Below, piece by piece: positions 62,322-64,000 of a stretch of 64,000 nt of DNA. Source of the stretch: Octopus sinensis (Eukaryota); the NCBI RefSeq assembly GCF_006345805.1, contig NC_043010.1:50530001-50594000 (forward strand), in the 5' to 3' direction. Below the pieces are notes generated by a model. It made no database searches and was not told where the DNA came from. It was given only the letters and a program-made list of their open reading frames with translations. Every line of letters begins with the position of its first letter. Positions within the stretch are counted from its first letter, which is position 1. Position numbers and translations under genes: made by a program.

Positions 62322-62591
62322 CTTGATATACTTGTTGCTTTGAGTTTAAATTGATTGCATTCAAAGAAAAATGCTTCCAGTCTCTAGGAATGACATCATT
62401 AAACACAGTAAACTTTCCTTTCATATATCTGTATTGTAAGTTTAGGGCGTTTAATGATTTTAGACAAAAAATATTCAACATTAAAAAAAGAAACAAAATA
62501 TACCAATGGCCACACTTAATTACCTGGAAGGCCGCAGGTTCCCCCATTTCTGTCTTAATGGCTTTGGCATACAACCCTGGGCACATTGTTC
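62322..62591 (-). CDS. Two candidate exons (62524-62591, 62322-62428) of an unidentified gene
   Basis: Canonical ag/gt sites and compatible phases give EQCAQGCMPKPLRQKWGNLRPSRYMKGKFTVFNDVIPRDWKHF...; protein not recognised. Confidence 0.35.
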
Positions 62592-62685
62592 CTTATAACA
62601 AAAACAGGTTTAAATTAATGGAGGTGTTTGTCTTGTTCTTTTCTCATTCATTTATTAACTAATATATACTTATTTGTATGTATAC

Positions 62686-62734
<49 letters not shown>

Positions 62735-62905
62735 AATTGAGATAGGGGTTGTAAATGCAACCCTCTATGGGATAACGTATATCCAATATACTGCTAGTGA
62801 AGTACCCAACAAAGTTAATACATAAATGTTAATAATTGCGATGCAATCAATTCATTTACTGTATTATATGGGCAAAGGTAAAATGATTTACCACAAATTA
62901 CTAAT

Positions 62906-63128
62906 ACAAGATAAGAAAATGTAGAAATACATCTAAATCAAATATCAATTACCAGATAATACTCAATCACATACTTTATTAAACCACCACATAAGAGACT
63001 GTAGGGTTAAATATAAAAAGCAGAACAAATCAGTGTACATAAAGGAGTGGTTTAATAAAGTATGTGATTGAGTATTATCTGGTAATTGATATTTGATTTA
63101 GATGTATTTCTCCATTTTCTTATCTTGT
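62906..63128. repeat. Inverted repeat, 82-bp arms and 59-bp spacer, abutting (TA)n
   Basis: 62906-62987 versus 63047-63128, nearly identical. Confidence 0.9.
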
Positions 63129-63148
63129 GTATATATATATATATATAT

Positions 63149-63180
<32 letters not shown>

Positions 63181-64000
63181 ATATACACACACACATGCAC
63201 ACCATACACAAACACGTTATCAATTACCTATTTCTTTATTACTCACACGGGGCTAAACATTGAGGGGACAAACAAGGACAGACATAGGTATTAAGTCGAT
63301 TACATCGACCCCAGTGCATAACTGGTACTTATTTAACCGACCCCGAAAGGATGAAAGGCAAAGTTGACCTTGGTGGAATTTGAACTCACAACGTAACGGC
63401 AGACGAAATACCACTAAGCATTTCACCCGGCGCGCTAACGTTTCTGCCAGCTCGTCCCATAAACAGACATTTAGGATTGGCCATGTCTCCACTTGTGTTC
63501 ACACTTCACTGCATTCACCTCTGTAAACAATCTATCCATTTACTGATCTCCTTTCAAATTCTCACAAAATTACTCACCTATCCCCCCAACTTCTGTACTA
63601 CTTTTCTTATATTAAACTTCCTGTAACTTGAGAGTAACCTCATGGTATGCTCTGACACATTTCCACTACTATCTTCTCTCTCTTTTCCAACTGGAGTAGC
63701 CATGTATCTGCTGGACAGCGAGACACCTGTTCCCATTTCCCTATCATGCTTTAAACCTCTCATCATCAAGTATAAAACCATCTTCTTCAGTACTATACAT
63801 CAGGCCTGGCCAATTCAAACTACATTGGGGGCCACTTTAATCACAGAAAGTTTTTGAGGTCTGCTTGTATACTTTATGCACTAATAGTCAATCAAATTAC
63901 AGAATCAAGAATTTTTTGTACTTTTCATTTCTTTAAAATTATAAAATTGTAGGCTATTACTCTATTGCCACTTATGAATTCTAATTTTATTTTAAAATTA

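Overview
AT-rich, repeat-dense eukaryotic DNA. The SINE families, long (TA)n tracts and a single-exon C2H2 gene suggest a coleoid cephalopod (Octopus-like); this is inference, not a database match. Two host genes are well supported, both on the minus strand: an 8-exon DDRGK1 (UFBP1) gene (33385-45496, 326 aa, assembled by hand from canonical splice sites in one continuous frame) and a single-coding-exon gene with 11 C2H2 zinc fingers (22367-23446). Divergent from DDRGK1, 528 bp from its ATG, is an intact 361-aa IS630/Tc1/mariner-type transposase ORF with an unusual DD39E spacing. It lacks its own TIRs and sits inside the TIRs and 8-bp TSD of a hAT-type MITE. The rest is several tRNA-headed SINE families, RTE, Tx1/L1-like and HERO-like LINE remnants, a decayed DD34D mariner, piggyBac-, hAT- and Merlin-like MITEs, Helitron-like elements, fold-back palindromes next to (TA)n, tandem duplications and a telomere-like array. 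A TSD-bounded chimera of one zinc-finger unit and a SINE lies just downstream of the zinc-finger gene. Repeat coordinates are hand-read and approximate; most short ORFs in the supplied track are microsatellite or SINE artefacts.
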